DNA of 64,000 nt from a virus. Its lineage: Duplodnaviria > Caudoviricetes. Below the pieces are notes generated by a model that was not told where the DNA came from, ran no database searches, and was given only the letters and a program-made list of their open reading frames with translations. The stretch spans positions 32,001 to 96,000 of IMG/VR virus record IMGVR_UViG_3300028805_002025; one strand, 5' to 3'. Below, piece after piece: positions 9,426 to 19,626 of the stretch. The position numbers were made by a program, and so were the translations under genes. Position 1 is the first letter of the stretch. Each line of letters begins with the position of its first letter.

Positions 9426-9705
9426 CTATTTGTTCTAGTCTCTTTATTTGCTCTTCTAATTCTTTTATTTCTTTTTCTTTCTCTTCCAACTGCCTTTTAT
9501 CGAAATCATAGACAATTTTCATACAGCTGAGTCTGCGCTCCAGTTCCTCCTTGGTGGGGGGTATCTTGGCTCGTTCCTCGGCTTTTCTTTCATTTTCTTC
9601 CATGATGCGGAGGAAACGTTCAGCATCCTCCCCTTCGAGAACTATTGGTCCTTTTCCAGAATCAGTAGCTAACGCACCTACTGGGTCATCTGGGTCGTAT
9701 TCCAT
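9403..9705 (-). CDS. Hypothetical coiled-coil protein
   Basis: Start placed at ATG downstream of TACTTTTGCA promoter; P-x-x-L-E-G-E-D-A-E-R-F motif. Confidence 0.6.
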   Translation of the reverse strand: MEYDPDDPVGALATDSGKGPIVLEGEDAERFLRIMEENERKAEERAKIPPTKEELERRLSCMKIVYDFDKRQLEEKEKEIKELEEQIKRLEQIDGETKEK

Positions 9706-9770
9706 AGCAGTTTCTGGTGCAAAAGTAGACAAATTTTTTGACTTAGCCAAAAATTTCCTCTTAAAAAATC

Positions 9771-10139
9771 TTAATCTTCCACTTTTTGCCATAGCAAATC
9801 CCTGTCTAGTGCCTTATAGTGACCAGGAACAACGCCCTCAGTACACTTCTGATGAATAAGAGTCTCTATATAATACAGATTGTCTGACACATAGTGATAG
9901 GTGTCCAGCAGGTATTTCTCCACATCGTCTGGGTATGCAGCACCGTCTGGGTCTTCCTCAGTACCCTTTATCGCCTTATCCCTGTATCCAAGGACTGTAG
10001 CCACATCATCCAAGATGTGCGTCTGCAACGTCAGCATGACGTTTTTGTTGATGGCGATTATGTCGTCATCCTTGTCCTCGATGTTGAGGAACTTGACCAA
10101 TTTCAAGTGGTCTTCTGTTAAATGCAAATGTATTACCAT
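9771..10139 (-). CDS. Hypothetical protein
   Basis: ORF fits operon packing. Confidence 0.65.
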   Translation of the reverse strand: MVIHLHLTEDHLKLVKFLNIEDKDDDIIAINKNVMLTLQTHILDDVATVLGYRDKAIKGTEEDPDGAAYPDDVEKYLLDTYHYVSDNLYYIETLIHQKCTEGVVPGHYKALDRDLLWQKVED

Positions 10140-10142
10140 ATT

Positions 10143-10748
10143 CTAATATCTCCTATGTCCGTTTTTCTTAAATCTTTCGTCAGCTTCTTTCTTTCTCTTA
10201 GCCACCATTTCGTAGTAAGCTTTCCTATCCTTTTCCTTCACCTTGAGTTCCTTCACCCTAATTTCCTTCATTTCCTCTGCTCTACTCTTCTGATAGTAGT
10301 CATAAATAGTGAGGTCTACGTCTGTAATGGTATCCTCGAATATCTTAAGTATCCTGTTCCTATCCCCATTACCATCAAATCGGCTTTCACCAAGAAGGGT
10401 GCATGCTACATGCTTCCCCTTATATAAAACATTAATGAGTTTAAGGCATTTTTCAAGTGATTCGTATGACAAATAATCCTTTTGCAGGTCTGGTCTGAAA
10501 TTGTAGCCATTCGTTATGAAGCATAGACAGAAGGTAGGCTCTCCATCAGATGCACATTCAAGAACAGTACCAAGTTTCTCTGGGTCTCCATACTTGGACT
10601 CCAGATTCTTCTCGTATACATAAGGATAATTAAGCATTACTTTCAACTGTATGCCCTGCGACATGGTGCAGTAGGTATTAGTACCTATCAACACCACATC
10701 ATATTCCTTAACATGTCCAAAAATGTCTTCATCCTTGATTATCTTCAT
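10143..10748 (-). CDS. Macro-domain-like (ADP-ribose binding/hydrolase) protein
   Basis: EDIF start, NTYCTMSQGI, KLGT, YESLEKCL resemble Poa1p/TARG-like macro domains. Confidence 0.6.
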   Translation of the reverse strand: MKIIKDEDIFGHVKEYDVVLIGTNTYCTMSQGIQLKVMLNYPYVYEKNLESKYGDPEKLGTVLECASDGEPTFCLCFITNGYNFRPDLQKDYLSYESLEKCLKLINVLYKGKHVACTLLGESRFDGNGDRNRILKIFEDTITDVDLTIYDYYQKSRAEEMKEIRVKELKVKEKDRKAYYEMVAKRKKEADERFKKNGHRRY

Positions 10749-11814
10749 CTGCTAATCTAAATCCCTTTACTATTGTATTATCACATTTAGCACCACATTC
10801 ACTCTTTTTAGGATAATCGGTATAACTTTCATCCCCGTCGTATTCCATTGGGTCAATTGGTACTGAGCAATCTTCTTCCGTCAATTGTTCCTCTGGCACT
10901 TTCTCTTTAACTTTAAAGCCAATTTGTTTAACCTCTTCCTCAGTAACTGTCACCTTACCATTTTTCTTGATGATATCATTAAGTCTATCAAAAAGCGCAA
11001 CTTCTGGAATCTGGTCTACATAGATACCCTGTATTACTTCCTTCAAGAAGTCAAAGGTGAAACCCTCTGTCTTTATGGTGTACCTCTCGATATCCTTCTT
11101 TACCTTCTCATCCTCAATGTCTATACCAGCATCCTTTAATTTCATTGTGATATAAGCCCTTCTTACATTCTCGTCTGGTTTCTTATACTCAATGACAAGG
11201 TTGAATCTGCTTGGTCTACAAGTAAACCTCTTCTCAAGTATCTGAGGGTAGTTTGTGGTTGCTATAGTGACAACGTTGTCAAACTGGGTATTGCCATCCA
11301 ATAACTGCAATAACATAGCAGTGTAGTGGTCATCCCTTGAAAGACGCTCGAAATCCTCTATAATGGTGACAATCTTCCTATTAGGCTCAATGTCCCTAAG
11401 CCTTTCCATACAGATATGGTAGGAACTGAGTGCCGATGTGTTGTCGATAAATATTACAACACCGTCATATTCATCTATCAGCTTGTGAGCCAATATGTTA
11501 ATCAACGATGTCTTACCATTACCTGGTAATGAATATAGAAGTATATTCCTTTTATATACATTACCAAACTGCCTATACCTTTCTTCTGAATCCCAGAACC
11601 TCTTAATGTCATTGAGTATATTCATCTGGATTTCATTAGGCAGTACATACAACTTAGGCATAATTATCTCCTTTTGTCTAAAGAACGCCTTTCCATGATA
11701 GGAATCAAATACAGGTTCATAGAACCCAGAAGGAAGAATGTCCCTTGTCTCGCCTATTGGCTGGAAGGTGTTGTCACTCTTCACGTAACGTGTGAAACTC
11801 TTTTCTCTTTCCAT
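10729..11814 (-). CDS. AAA+ ATPase (BCS1-like)
   Basis: YKRNILLYSLPGNGKT Walker A, IIEDFE Walker B, LDG, TTN, RPSRF arginine finger. Confidence 0.85.
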   Translation of the reverse strand: MEREKSFTRYVKSDNTFQPIGETRDILPSGFYEPVFDSYHGKAFFRQKEIIMPKLYVLPNEIQMNILNDIKRFWDSEERYRQFGNVYKRNILLYSLPGNGKTSLINILAHKLIDEYDGVVIFIDNTSALSSYHICMERLRDIEPNRKIVTIIEDFERLSRDDHYTAMLLQLLDGNTQFDNVVTIATTNYPQILEKRFTCRPSRFNLVIEYKKPDENVRRAYITMKLKDAGIDIEDEKVKKDIERYTIKTEGFTFDFLKEVIQGIYVDQIPEVALFDRLNDIIKKNGKVTVTEEEVKQIGFKVKEKVPEEQLTEEDCSVPIDPMEYDGDESYTDYPKKSECGAKCDNTIVKGFRLADEDNQG

Positions 11815-11825
11815 AAATTATATTG

Positions 11826-12902
11826 TTACTTAAAATTGTCCTTTTCACAAAGTTCTCCTAAAAGCTTTTTGTCGTTGTCGTCTAATTTCTTAGGCATTAC
11901 GAGTTTCACAACTCCAATCATATTACCCCTGGTATCTGAATTGAAAAGTGGCATACCATAGCCCTTGAATCTGAGCTGAGTACCATCTTCAGTACCCTGT
12001 GGTATCTTTGCCGTTATCGTCTTACCGTCTATGGTTTCAATTGTTGTCTCACCTCCAAGAATACCCTTCAGCACAGGTATATCAATAGTAAAATACAGGT
12101 CATCACCATTTCTTTCAAACTTCTCGTCTGGCTTCTGTACAACCCTAACAAGAAGGCTTCCTGGTGTACCATTTCCGTGAGGTGGGAAATTACCCAATCC
12201 TACAAACTGGAATATCTGTCCGTCAGCAGCACCTTTATTGATTTTAATTTCAACCTCTGTAGATGCCTGTACAACGCCATGACCGTTACACTTCTTACAT
12301 GGGTTCTCAATGACATAGCCCTTTCCACCACACTGAGGACAGGTGCTTGTCATTCTCATGTTGAATCCACCAAATCCACCAGACTGGAACACCGTACCAG
12401 TACCACCGCATGACTTACAGGTTCTCTTGCGACTATTGGATGTTAAGCCACTTCCACCACATTCGTCACACAGCTCAAAACGGTTGTATTTAATCTTCTT
12501 GGTAACACCATTGAACAACTCTTCGAGAGTAAGTGGGAAAGTAATCTGTATGTTAGTACCCACTACCTGCCTTGGTTTTCTTTCCTCACCAAAGTCGAAA
12601 TCACCAAAGCCACCGAAACCGCCAAAGTGTTTCATTATTTCATCGATGTTCATGCCACCGAAATCTGGACCACCGCTAGCATAGAAATCAAAGTTGGATG
12701 CTGGGTTGTCGTATTGCTTACGTTTCTCGTCATCACCAAGTACCTCATAGGCTTCTGCAACCTCCTTAAACTTTTCCTCGGCTTTCTTATCGCCCTGGTT
12801 ACGGTCTGGATGATACTTGATACTGAGCTTTCTGAAAGCTTTCTTGATATCGTCCTTTGATGCGTCCTTGGATACCCCAAGAATCTTATAGTAATCTTTC
12901 AT
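11826..12902 (-). CDS. dnaJ: Class A J-domain co-chaperone DnaJ
   Basis: [13 protein letters not shown]-rich linker, four CxxCxGxG motifs. Confidence 0.97.
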   Translation of the reverse strand: MKDYYKILGVSKDASKDDIKKAFRKLSIKYHPDRNQGDKKAEEKFKEVAEAYEVLGDDEKRKQYDNPASNFDFYASGGPDFGGMNIDEIMKHFGGFGGFGDFDFGEERKPRQVVGTNIQITFPLTLEELFNGVTKKIKYNRFELCDECGGSGLTSNSRKRTCKSCGGTGTVFQSGGFGGFNMRMTSTCPQCGGKGYVIENPCKKCNGHGVVQASTEVEIKINKGAADGQIFQFVGLGNFPPHGNGTPGSLLVRVVQKPDEKFERNGDDLYFTIDIPVLKGILGGETTIETIDGKTITAKIPQGTEDGTQLRFKGYGMPLFNSDTRGNMIGVVKLVMPKKLDDNDKKLLGELCEKDNFK

Positions 12903-12942
12903 TATTAAAAAAAGTTATAATTCTTATGCAAAGATATATATT

Positions 12943-13377
12943 TTATTTGAGATAACCAAATTTTTCATCAATTATTTCAAATTTATTTTGTAGAACCAGA
13001 TTAAATTTATTCCTGCTCTCCCTAGAAATAATCTCGTAGAAATCAACTTCTGGTATTTGTTTTCCATTGAGTTCAAAGAATGAACTGCATTTCAAATCCG
13101 CTGGATTTGGCAGTTCTTCCATCTTGCAAAGGAACAAGTGAATATCCTTTTTCTTGTTATGATGGTAAACGCCAATGTCAACCAGATTTTCCTCATGGAG
13201 AATATATCCAGTTTCCTCACGCAATTCACGAATGGCTGCGTCGATATCAGTCTCTCCCTCGTCAACCTCACCCTTTGGAAAATCAAATCCATAGTCCTTT
13301 GGCTTACCAGTTCCGTGACAACCAAGGATATTTCCATCGTTGTCAATCATCACTACTGCTGCTGTTACTTTCTTCAT
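12943..13377 (-). CDS. NUDIX hydrolase
   Basis: Nudix box PKGEVDEGETDIDAAIRELREETG. Confidence 0.92.
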   Translation of the reverse strand: MKKVTAAVVMIDNDGNILGCHGTGKPKDYGFDFPKGEVDEGETDIDAAIRELREETGYILHEENLVDIGVYHHNKKKDIHLFLCKMEELPNPADLKCSSFFELNGKQIPEVDFYEIISRESRNKFNLVLQNKFEIIDEKFGYLK

Positions 13378-13396
13378 ACTCTATTAACGTCAAAAA

Positions 13397-13427
13397 TCTG
13401 AGGAAGTTGTTGGGTAACTCCCTCAGA
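13397..13427 (-). terminator. Intrinsic terminator after dnaK and the small Zn-ribbon ORF
   Basis: TCTGAGGGAGTT-loop-AACTTCCTCAGA followed by TTTT on the minus strand. Confidence 0.7.
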
Positions 13428-13467
13428 CAAATACGAAATTATGTTTACAAACCTTGCCAAGTCATAA

Positions 13468-13638
13468 CTATGCTGTCTGTGCTGTGAACACTGAGTGACA
13501 ATGAGGACACGTTGCCTCTACATGCCCGTGACCTCCAGAACGATGCGGAGGAGTAGTTACGTCCTCGTAAAAACTACCCCCGCAATGTGGACAATGGACA
13601 TAGAAATGCCCAATGTAGAGATTGCTCTTGTACTTCAT
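13468..13638 (-). CDS. 56-aa Zn-ribbon protein (not in ORF track)
   Basis: [56 protein letters not shown]; TAATG overlap with dnaK stop. Confidence 0.7.
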   Translation of the reverse strand: MKYKSNLYIGHFYVHCPHCGGSFYEDVTTPPHRSGGHGHVEATCPHCHSVFTAQTA

Positions 13639-15542
13639 TAGCTGACCTCCTCGAACTCAGCATCCTGTACCTCTGGTTGCTCAGAAGCTGGCTCTGATGC
13701 AGCTGCCTCCTCAGTTGCCTGTGAAGTCTGTTGGGTCTGCTGCGAAGCATAGATTCTCTGGGAGATTCCATTCCACGTGTCGTTGATGGTCTTCTCCAGT
13801 TCTCCAATCTTGTTGGCATCCTTAGCTGCCACAGCGTCTTTAAGGCTGCTTACAAGCCCATCAAGCTTCGATTTCTCGTCAGTGGTAAGATTACCCTTCT
13901 GCTCCTCGATAAGCTTCTCCTGGGCAAAAATAAGCTGGTCGCCCTTGTTGATGGCATCAGCCACCTCACGCTCCTTCTTGTCAGCCTCAGCATTAGCCTC
14001 AGCCTCAGCCTTCATGCGCTCGATTTCCTCCTTGCTAAGACCAGAGGAAGCCTCGATACGGATAGCCTGCTCCTTGCCTGTAGCCTTGTCCTTTGCAGTA
14101 ACCTTAAGGATACCGTTGGCATCAATATCGAATGATACCTCAATCTGAGGAATACCACGCTTTGCTGGCATGATACCAGTAAGATTGAACTTACCGATGC
14201 TCTTGTTCTGAGCTGCCATAGGACGCTCACCCTGGAGCACGTGGATTGTCACCTCAGTCTGGTTGTCTGCTGCGGTAGAGAACACCTCGCTCTTCTTGCA
14301 TGGAATTGTGGTATTAGCATCAATCAGCTTGGTCATCACACCACCAAGGGTCTCAATACCCAGTGTCAATGGGGTAACGTCAAGCAGCACAATGTCGCCT
14401 ACTCCACCTTCCTTGTTGAGCACAGCACCCTGTACGCAAGCACCAAGTGATACTGCCTCGTCTGGGTTCACTGCCTTAGATGGCTCACGTCCGAAGACAT
14501 CCTTCACAATCTGCTGCAATGCAGGGATACGTGTAGAACCACCCACAAGGATAACCTCGTCAATGTCAGCTGCTGTCAACTTAGCATCCTCCAGTGCCTT
14601 CTTACAAGGCTCGATGTGACGCTTAAGCAGAGAATCACACAACTGCTCGAACTTAGCACGGCTAAGGGTCTTATCCATGTGCTTAGGCTGTCCGTTCACA
14701 GGCATGATATAAGGAAGGTTGATGTCTGTGCTGTTAGATGAAGACAGCTCAATCTTAGCCTTCTCAGCAGCCTCCTTAAGACGCTGCATTGCCATTGGGT
14801 CAGTAGTAAGGTCTGCACCCTCGTCGTTCTTGAACTCCTGTACCAGCCAGTCGATAATAGCCTGGTCGAAGTCATCACCACCAAGGTGGGTATCACCATT
14901 GGTAGAAAGCACCTCGAACACACCGCCACCGAACTCCAAGATGGAGATATCGAATGTACCACCACCAGCATCGAATACAGCAATCTTCATGTCCTTGTCA
15001 GCCTTGTCGATACCGTAGGCAAGGGCAGCAGCCGTAGGCTCGTTCACAATACGCTTAACCTCCAGACCAGCAATCTGTCCAGCCTCCTTGGTGGCTTGAC
15101 GCTGTGAGTCAGAGAAGTAGGCAGGTACTGTGATGACAGCCTCTGTAACCTCCTGTCCAAGGTAATCCTCAGCGGTCTTCTTCATCTTCTGGAGAATCAT
15201 TGCTGAAATCTCCTGTGGCGTATACTTACGTCCATCGATGTCAACACGAGGATAACCACCCTCGTTCACAACATTGAAAGGAACACGGTCAATCTCCTTC
15301 TTACACTGCTCATAGGTCTCACCCATGAAACGCTTGATTGAGTAGACAGTGTTCTTAGGATTGGTAACAGCCTGTCTCTTAGCTGGCTCACCAATCTTAC
15401 GTTCACCATTCTCAGCGAAACCCACAACTGATGGGGTTGTACGCTTACCTTCACTGTTTACAATAACAGTTGGTTCATTTCCTTCATACACCGAAACACA
15501 TGAGTTTGATGTTCCAAGGTCAATTCCAATAATTTTTCCCAT
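13638..15542 (-). CDS. dnaK: Chaperone DnaK (Hsp70)
   Basis: [37 protein letters not shown]; acidic C-terminus DAEFEEV. Confidence 0.99.
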   Translation of the reverse strand: MGKIIGIDLGTSNSCVSVYEGNEPTVIVNSEGKRTTPSVVGFAENGERKIGEPAKRQAVTNPKNTVYSIKRFMGETYEQCKKEIDRVPFNVVNEGGYPRVDIDGRKYTPQEISAMILQKMKKTAEDYLGQEVTEAVITVPAYFSDSQRQATKEAGQIAGLEVKRIVNEPTAAALAYGIDKADKDMKIAVFDAGGGTFDISILEFGGGVFEVLSTNGDTHLGGDDFDQAIIDWLVQEFKNDEGADLTTDPMAMQRLKEAAEKAKIELSSSNSTDINLPYIMPVNGQPKHMDKTLSRAKFEQLCDSLLKRHIEPCKKALEDAKLTAADIDEVILVGGSTRIPALQQIVKDVFGREPSKAVNPDEAVSLGACVQGAVLNKEGGVGDIVLLDVTPLTLGIETLGGVMTKLIDANTTIPCKKSEVFSTAADNQTEVTIHVLQGERPMAAQNKSIGKFNLTGIMPAKRGIPQIEVSFDIDANGILKVTAKDKATGKEQAIRIEASSGLSKEEIERMKAEAEANAEADKKEREVADAINKGDQLIFAQEKLIEEQKGNLTTDEKSKLDGLVSSLKDAVAAKDANKIGELEKTINDTWNGISQRIYASQQTQQTSQATEEAAASEPASEQPEVQDAEFEEVS

Positions 15543-15566
15543 TTCTTTAAAACTTTTATATCAATG

Positions 15567-15812
15567 TTATTTTATTTTCGTCCACCTTTCGTCGAGAGTA
15601 CCATCTGAATATTTGCTGAATGGAATTGATGACTTAACCTTGGCATTTGGGTTGCCATACTCAATCCTCAAACCCTTTCCTGCGGTTGTAAACCTAGGGG
15701 ATTCCTCATCAACCACTCTGTCACCGCAATACCAGGTAAGCTTCAGCGTACCATCGTCGTATATGATTAAGAGGTATTTTGCGCCCTGCATGACACACTC
15801 ACCCTCGTACAT
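15567..15812 (-). CDS. Hypothetical protein upstream of dnaK
   Basis: ORF between sigma54-like promoter and dnaK; start uncertain. Confidence 0.5.
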   Translation of the reverse strand: MYEGECVMQGAKYLLIIYDDGTLKLTWYCGDRVVDEESPRFTTAGKGLRIEYGNPNAKVKSSIPFSKYSDGTLDERWTKIK

Positions 15813-15832
15813 TTCTCTTACACTCTTATCCA

Positions 15833-15848
15833 TGCAAAAACTATGCCA
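15833..15848 (-). promoter_or_regulatory. Sigma54 (RpoN)-type -24/-12 promoter
   Basis: TGGCAT-AGTTT-TTGCA matches TGGCAC-N5-TTGCW spacing, upstream of the dnaK operon. Confidence 0.65.
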
Positions 15849-15874
15849 AACTCTATATTATAACAATTTTTTTT

Positions 15875-16210
15875 TCAATATCCTACTGGTAACGCTGGGG
15901 CAACTTCCTTACCATCTACAATGAATGATTCAAACATTAGTCCCATGTTGTCTATATAGTCTTGCCTATGGAATGTCTTACCATCATAGTAGATAAAGTA
16001 ACACTTAGTAGTCTCACCCCAAGGATTTTGTCTTATCACCCTGTAGAGGATACCGTCACAAACATTCTTCTCATACAGTTCCTTGGCTTTGTTGCGTATT
16101 TCGCTCATTGACCAAGAACCACCGATGAATGAGAATATGTATGGGCTTTCACCTCTATGGTCTTTCGCTACCTTGCCTTCTACTTTCCAATAGTTGATAT
16201 AAGCACTCAT
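15875..16210 (-). CDS. Hypothetical protein
   Basis: ORF fits operon packing. Confidence 0.6.
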   Translation of the reverse strand: MSAYINYWKVEGKVAKDHRGESPYIFSFIGGSWSMSEIRNKAKELYEKNVCDGILYRVIRQNPWGETTKCYFIYYDGKTFHRQDYIDNMGLMFESFIVDGKEVAPALPVGY

Positions 16211-16211
16211 A

Positions 16212-16313
16212 TTAATCTCGTGAGATTATCTTTCTAATGCGGTAACGTGACACACCTTCCATTAATGCTGCCAACGCAATCACCGCTGTTCCAATTAATA
16301 TAATCTTATTCAT
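16212..16313 (-). CDS. 33-aa membrane peptide (not in ORF track)
   Basis: MNKIILIGTAVIALAALMEGVSRYRIRKIISRD fills the gap between neighbours exactly. Confidence 0.45.
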   Translation of the reverse strand: MNKIILIGTAVIALAALMEGVSRYRIRKIISRD

Positions 16314-16325
16314 ATTTCTTTTATA

Positions 16326-16517
16326 TTACCACCAGAATATTCCTCCCCAAATGAGGATAAGTAAAACAGTCACTACAGTCAACGCCAGGTATTTGATAGC
16401 ATCATATAGTCCAGCAAAAAAGTCTTTTTCCTCTTCCACAAACAGTTTGAACAGGAAATAAGCCAGAGCTATAATCAGCACTATACCTACAATGTTATAC
16501 CACGCAATCGTAATCAT
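16326..16517 (-). CDS. Small two-TM membrane protein
   Basis: Two hydrophobic helices; directly after a TATCTTTGCA promoter. Confidence 0.65.
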   Translation of the reverse strand: MITIAWYNIVGIVLIIALAYFLFKLFVEEEKDFFAGLYDAIKYLALTVVTVLLILIWGGIFWW

Positions 16518-16610
16518 GTTGTTTTAATTTTGGTGCAAAGATATAAAAAAAGACTGAGATAACCAAATATCTCAGCCCTTTTTAATTTTTTTTAACTATT
16601 CTCCAGCTTA

Positions 16611-17027
16611 TTATTCTGGAAGGTAGTCGTCAATGTTCTCTGTCATGTAGTTCAACTTAACAAATAACTCGGCCATAATTGCATCGTCAGTAAGCATGGT
16701 GACACTGTTTGTCTCAAGGACACCAAGGTTATCGCCAGCAGCGATTCTAGCCTTTGCCACTTCAATACCCTTCTCCTCGTCAAATTCATCCAATGGGTGA
16801 CAAATTGACGCACCGATTGTCAGCTTTCTCTTGAAGAACTTTCGAGCATATTTCAGCTCGCCATTAACGAATGAACCAGGCTTAACTTCAACTGGAATTG
16901 GGTCGTTGAACTCCTTCTTCTCAGTTCCCTGCTCCAACTTTCCTACCACCGTAACTACGTGGTTCTTTCCATCCAGACCCTGTGCATTTCCGTAAAGATG
17001 GAAAAATCTAGTTTTTAATCTACTCAT
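16611..17027 (-). CDS. Hypothetical phage protein
   Basis: ICHPLDEFDEEKG...AKAR motif typical of small phage proteins. Confidence 0.65.
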   Translation of the reverse strand: MSRLKTRFFHLYGNAQGLDGKNHVVTVVGKLEQGTEKKEFNDPIPVEVKPGSFVNGELKYARKFFKRKLTIGASICHPLDEFDEEKGIEVAKARIAAGDNLGVLETNSVTMLTDDAIMAELFVKLNYMTENIDDYLPE

Positions 17028-17044
17028 AACTATATAGTTTTAAA

Positions 17045-17374
17045 TCAATTATTTTTCATTTCTGCTTCATACACTTTATCCCTTCTCTCAATCTCATCAA
17101 ATGGAGATACACCAGGATTAAGTGTAGTTATTTTATCAAATCCGTTTGCCTCTGTAATTAAAGATTCCTTCTCTGGAACACACCCATCGTATCTCTCACC
17201 ATACGACCCTGTAATTTTACCTGTTGCTGGGTCTATATCACCCCAATCAGCAGCACGTGGTGTTCCTATTACCTCAACAAAATACTTCTTTCCTGTGACC
17301 TTGGACGTTACTATAAACCTTCCTGTATGGTCACTATCCTTTAAAAATCTACTACTATCCATATTAGAATTCAT
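17045..17374 (-). CDS. Hypothetical protein
   Basis: ORF; start may be 17362. Confidence 0.65.
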   Translation of the reverse strand: MNSNMDSSRFLKDSDHTGRFIVTSKVTGKKYFVEVIGTPRAADWGDIDPATGKITGSYGERYDGCVPEKESLITEANGFDKITTLNPGVSPFDEIERRDKVYEAEMKNN

Positions 17375-17564
17375 TCTTTTGTATTGTTACCTTTCTTGTG
17401 TATTCCTTATCATCACAAATTTTTTTAAATAGGGAGTTCCACACTGGTGGAATAGGTCCTCCATTCAAATAGTACTGTCCTCTAAAGAATCTTATGTCAC
17501 TACCCTCTGGCAGTGTTCCATAGTTACATACGTAAGGTTTGATTAACACATATTTCTCATTCAT
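17364..17564 (-). CDS. Hypothetical protein
   Basis: ORF with ATGA overlap to upstream gene. Confidence 0.6.
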   Translation of the reverse strand: MNEKYVLIKPYVCNYGTLPEGSDIRFFRGQYYLNGGPIPPVWNSLFKKICDDKEYTRKVTIQKNEF

Positions 17565-18046
17565 AGTCTAACTTTATTTAATGTGGCACTTATCTCTTCG
17601 AGAATCGGTGTCATTATTTCATCTACCTTATCCCAATCAACTGATGGTCTATTACAACCTTCTGCCATAATGACAGGTGTTCCTATGTTACGGTCATCAA
17701 TCGAGAAGACAGCCCAAGCCTTCGTAACCTCATTACCGTCCTTATCCTGCTGTGGGTTCTTCCTAATACCATACAGCTCTATGCCGTTTTCCATCAATAT
17801 CTTCAATGGTTCTTCTAGTATTCCGTCATGCCTCATGGTGTCAAGGATAAATCCTACGTTATAATCCTTAATCCAACGCTTCATAACCTTGAAAGCCTTG
17901 TAATTGATTTCCATAGTTCCATCCTTCCATGATGAACAACTTGTGATGGTGAAATCCCAGTCAACTGTAATAGGGATTATCCACCTTCCGTCCTTACTTC
18001 TCTCCCCGTAATAGAGGATTTCATCTATAATTCCCTCGTATTTCAT
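17561..18046 (-). CDS. HAD-superfamily hydrolase-like protein
   Basis: TVDWDFTI (DxDxT motif I), T-M-R, K, IDDRN motif IV. Confidence 0.7.
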   Translation of the reverse strand: MKYEGIIDEILYYGERSKDGRWIIPITVDWDFTITSCSSWKDGTMEINYKAFKVMKRWIKDYNVGFILDTMRHDGILEEPLKILMENGIELYGIRKNPQQDKDGNEVTKAWAVFSIDDRNIGTPVIMAEGCNRPSVDWDKVDEIMTPILEEISATLNKVRL

Positions 18047-18090
18047 AACTATTTAAAATATAATAAGAATAACAATAAAAACCAATATAA

Positions 18091-18705
18091 TTACAATCTC
18101 TTTTGATTATTTAATTTCCAAGCCTCACTAGTTCTCTGCCTGTTTATCTCCCTAACTGGTGTGTTAACAAGCTCTTCTGGATACTCCGTATCCTTCTTTT
18201 CATACATACCAAGTCCGTGTTTCTTCCAGTAGGCGTGGTTAAGCCTTGATAGAACACCATAATTATACATCGTTGTATAGTCGTTTCTGTCCTCATAGTC
18301 AAGAGGTATGTCATGTTCCCTACAGAACCTATATATGAACTCCGCGAACGCTCTAGACCTGCTCATTCCAGCCCTACAGTGTATAAATACCTTCTCTGGA
18401 TGCTTTTCTATCATTGATTCAATGAAATCCACTGCCTTCTCAGCCTGCTCCATAGTTATCGTCTTGAACAGATGACCATTGTATAACACATCGTCCCCTA
18501 TGTCGTCGAAATCGAGATTTAAGACGTTCTGGTGGTCTTTGAAGTAGTGCTTGGTGTCTCCTTCATCCAAGTAGTAATTAAGACATTCTGGAGTACCTAT
18601 GATGGATATGTAAAAGTTTCCTGTGTCCTCTACATTATTATCATTGATTCCAAGCTTCTTCATATTCTCATCAAACCAGTAATGAGACAATACTATTATT
18701 TTCAT
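18091..18705 (-). CDS. Cys-based protein tyrosine/dual-specificity phosphatase
   Basis: HCRAGMSRS (CX5R) and upstream FDD general-acid loop. Confidence 0.88.
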   Translation of the reverse strand: MKIIVLSHYWFDENMKKLGINDNNVEDTGNFYISIIGTPECLNYYLDEGDTKHYFKDHQNVLNLDFDDIGDDVLYNGHLFKTITMEQAEKAVDFIESMIEKHPEKVFIHCRAGMSRSRAFAEFIYRFCREHDIPLDYEDRNDYTTMYNYGVLSRLNHAYWKKHGLGMYEKKDTEYPEELVNTPVREINRQRTSEAWKLNNQKRL

Positions 18706-18708
18706 TTC

Positions 18709-19149
18709 TTATCTATTTAATATTGTAGTTGTTATCCACCCATCATAGAAATTATAAGCATTGGTAGTCGTAGTGGTAGAATAATTGGAATTTATTGCAC
18801 TATTAGAAGCCGATGAACCAATGGAATACGTTCCATATAATCCATTTATTGTCCACGACCAATCATCCCAATCATCAACATCCCAATAAGGAGAATAATA
18901 CCCAATTTTCTTTTTCTTCGGTACATATCCTACTTTCTTTGGCTTCCCGAATGAACTCCTCTTTATTTTGCAATATTTATCCTTCAACTCGTAATATGCA
19001 ATATACAATGCATCAACTTCATTTTCTGTCTTCGTGTTAGCGTCATCTATTGCCAAATCCACAAGCCCTGGGCTTATAACCTTCTTAAGGTTTTCTAGGC
19101 GTTTCTCCATGACCTCCTTGCTCCATCGCTTCTCTATATAATCACTCAT
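18709..19149 (-). CDS. Hypothetical protein
   Basis: ORF fits operon packing. Confidence 0.55.
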   Translation of the reverse strand: MSDYIEKRWSKEVMEKRLENLKKVISPGLVDLAIDDANTKTENEVDALYIAYYELKDKYCKIKRSSFGKPKKVGYVPKKKKIGYYSPYWDVDDWDDWSWTINGLYGTYSIGSSASNSAINSNYSTTTTTNAYNFYDGWITTTILNR

Positions 19150-19297
19150 ACAAATTAGTACTTAAAATCCCACACTTGAAGCCCATTATCAAGCTTTCTT
19201 ATAACCTTTTTCACAAACCTGTAGAAATAGGTAGATGATATGAAGCTGGTAAGCAACACACCTATTACACTACCTAATACAATTTTCTTTGTTGTTG

Positions 19298-19597
19298 TCA
19301 TAAAACACTCCTTAATCTATTAACTAATTCATCATCAATATCTTTAAAAAAAATATAATTTTTATCAATATAAAATTCTTTAAATACGTTTGTATTTCTA
19401 TATCTGTAAGGAATAATGTAAATTACATTGATTCCATTATCCTTGCATTGCATATATTTCAGATTATCCCTATCCAGTCTTATTTTTAAATCATCTTCTC
19501 CTCCATATTTTTTTACTGGTACAAAATGCTGTCCTCCTTGACACTCTATTGCTGTTTTACCACATAAAAAATCCAATAAATATATACAAATAACCAA
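19298..19597 (-). pseudogene. Truncated relic of the Zn-ribbon/PD-(D/E)xK endonuclease family
   Basis: Retains only LDF...AIECQGGQHF...RDNLK..C..NGI; Zn-ribbon repeats absent; no ATG start. Confidence 0.65.
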
Positions 19598-19626
19598 AAA
19601 ATTACTATTGGTAACAGTTTTTTTGC

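Noticed and set aside
13468-13638. Programmed frameshift between the two CPHC motifs
   Set aside because: Recount of the G-run (5 G) shows both motifs are in one frame.
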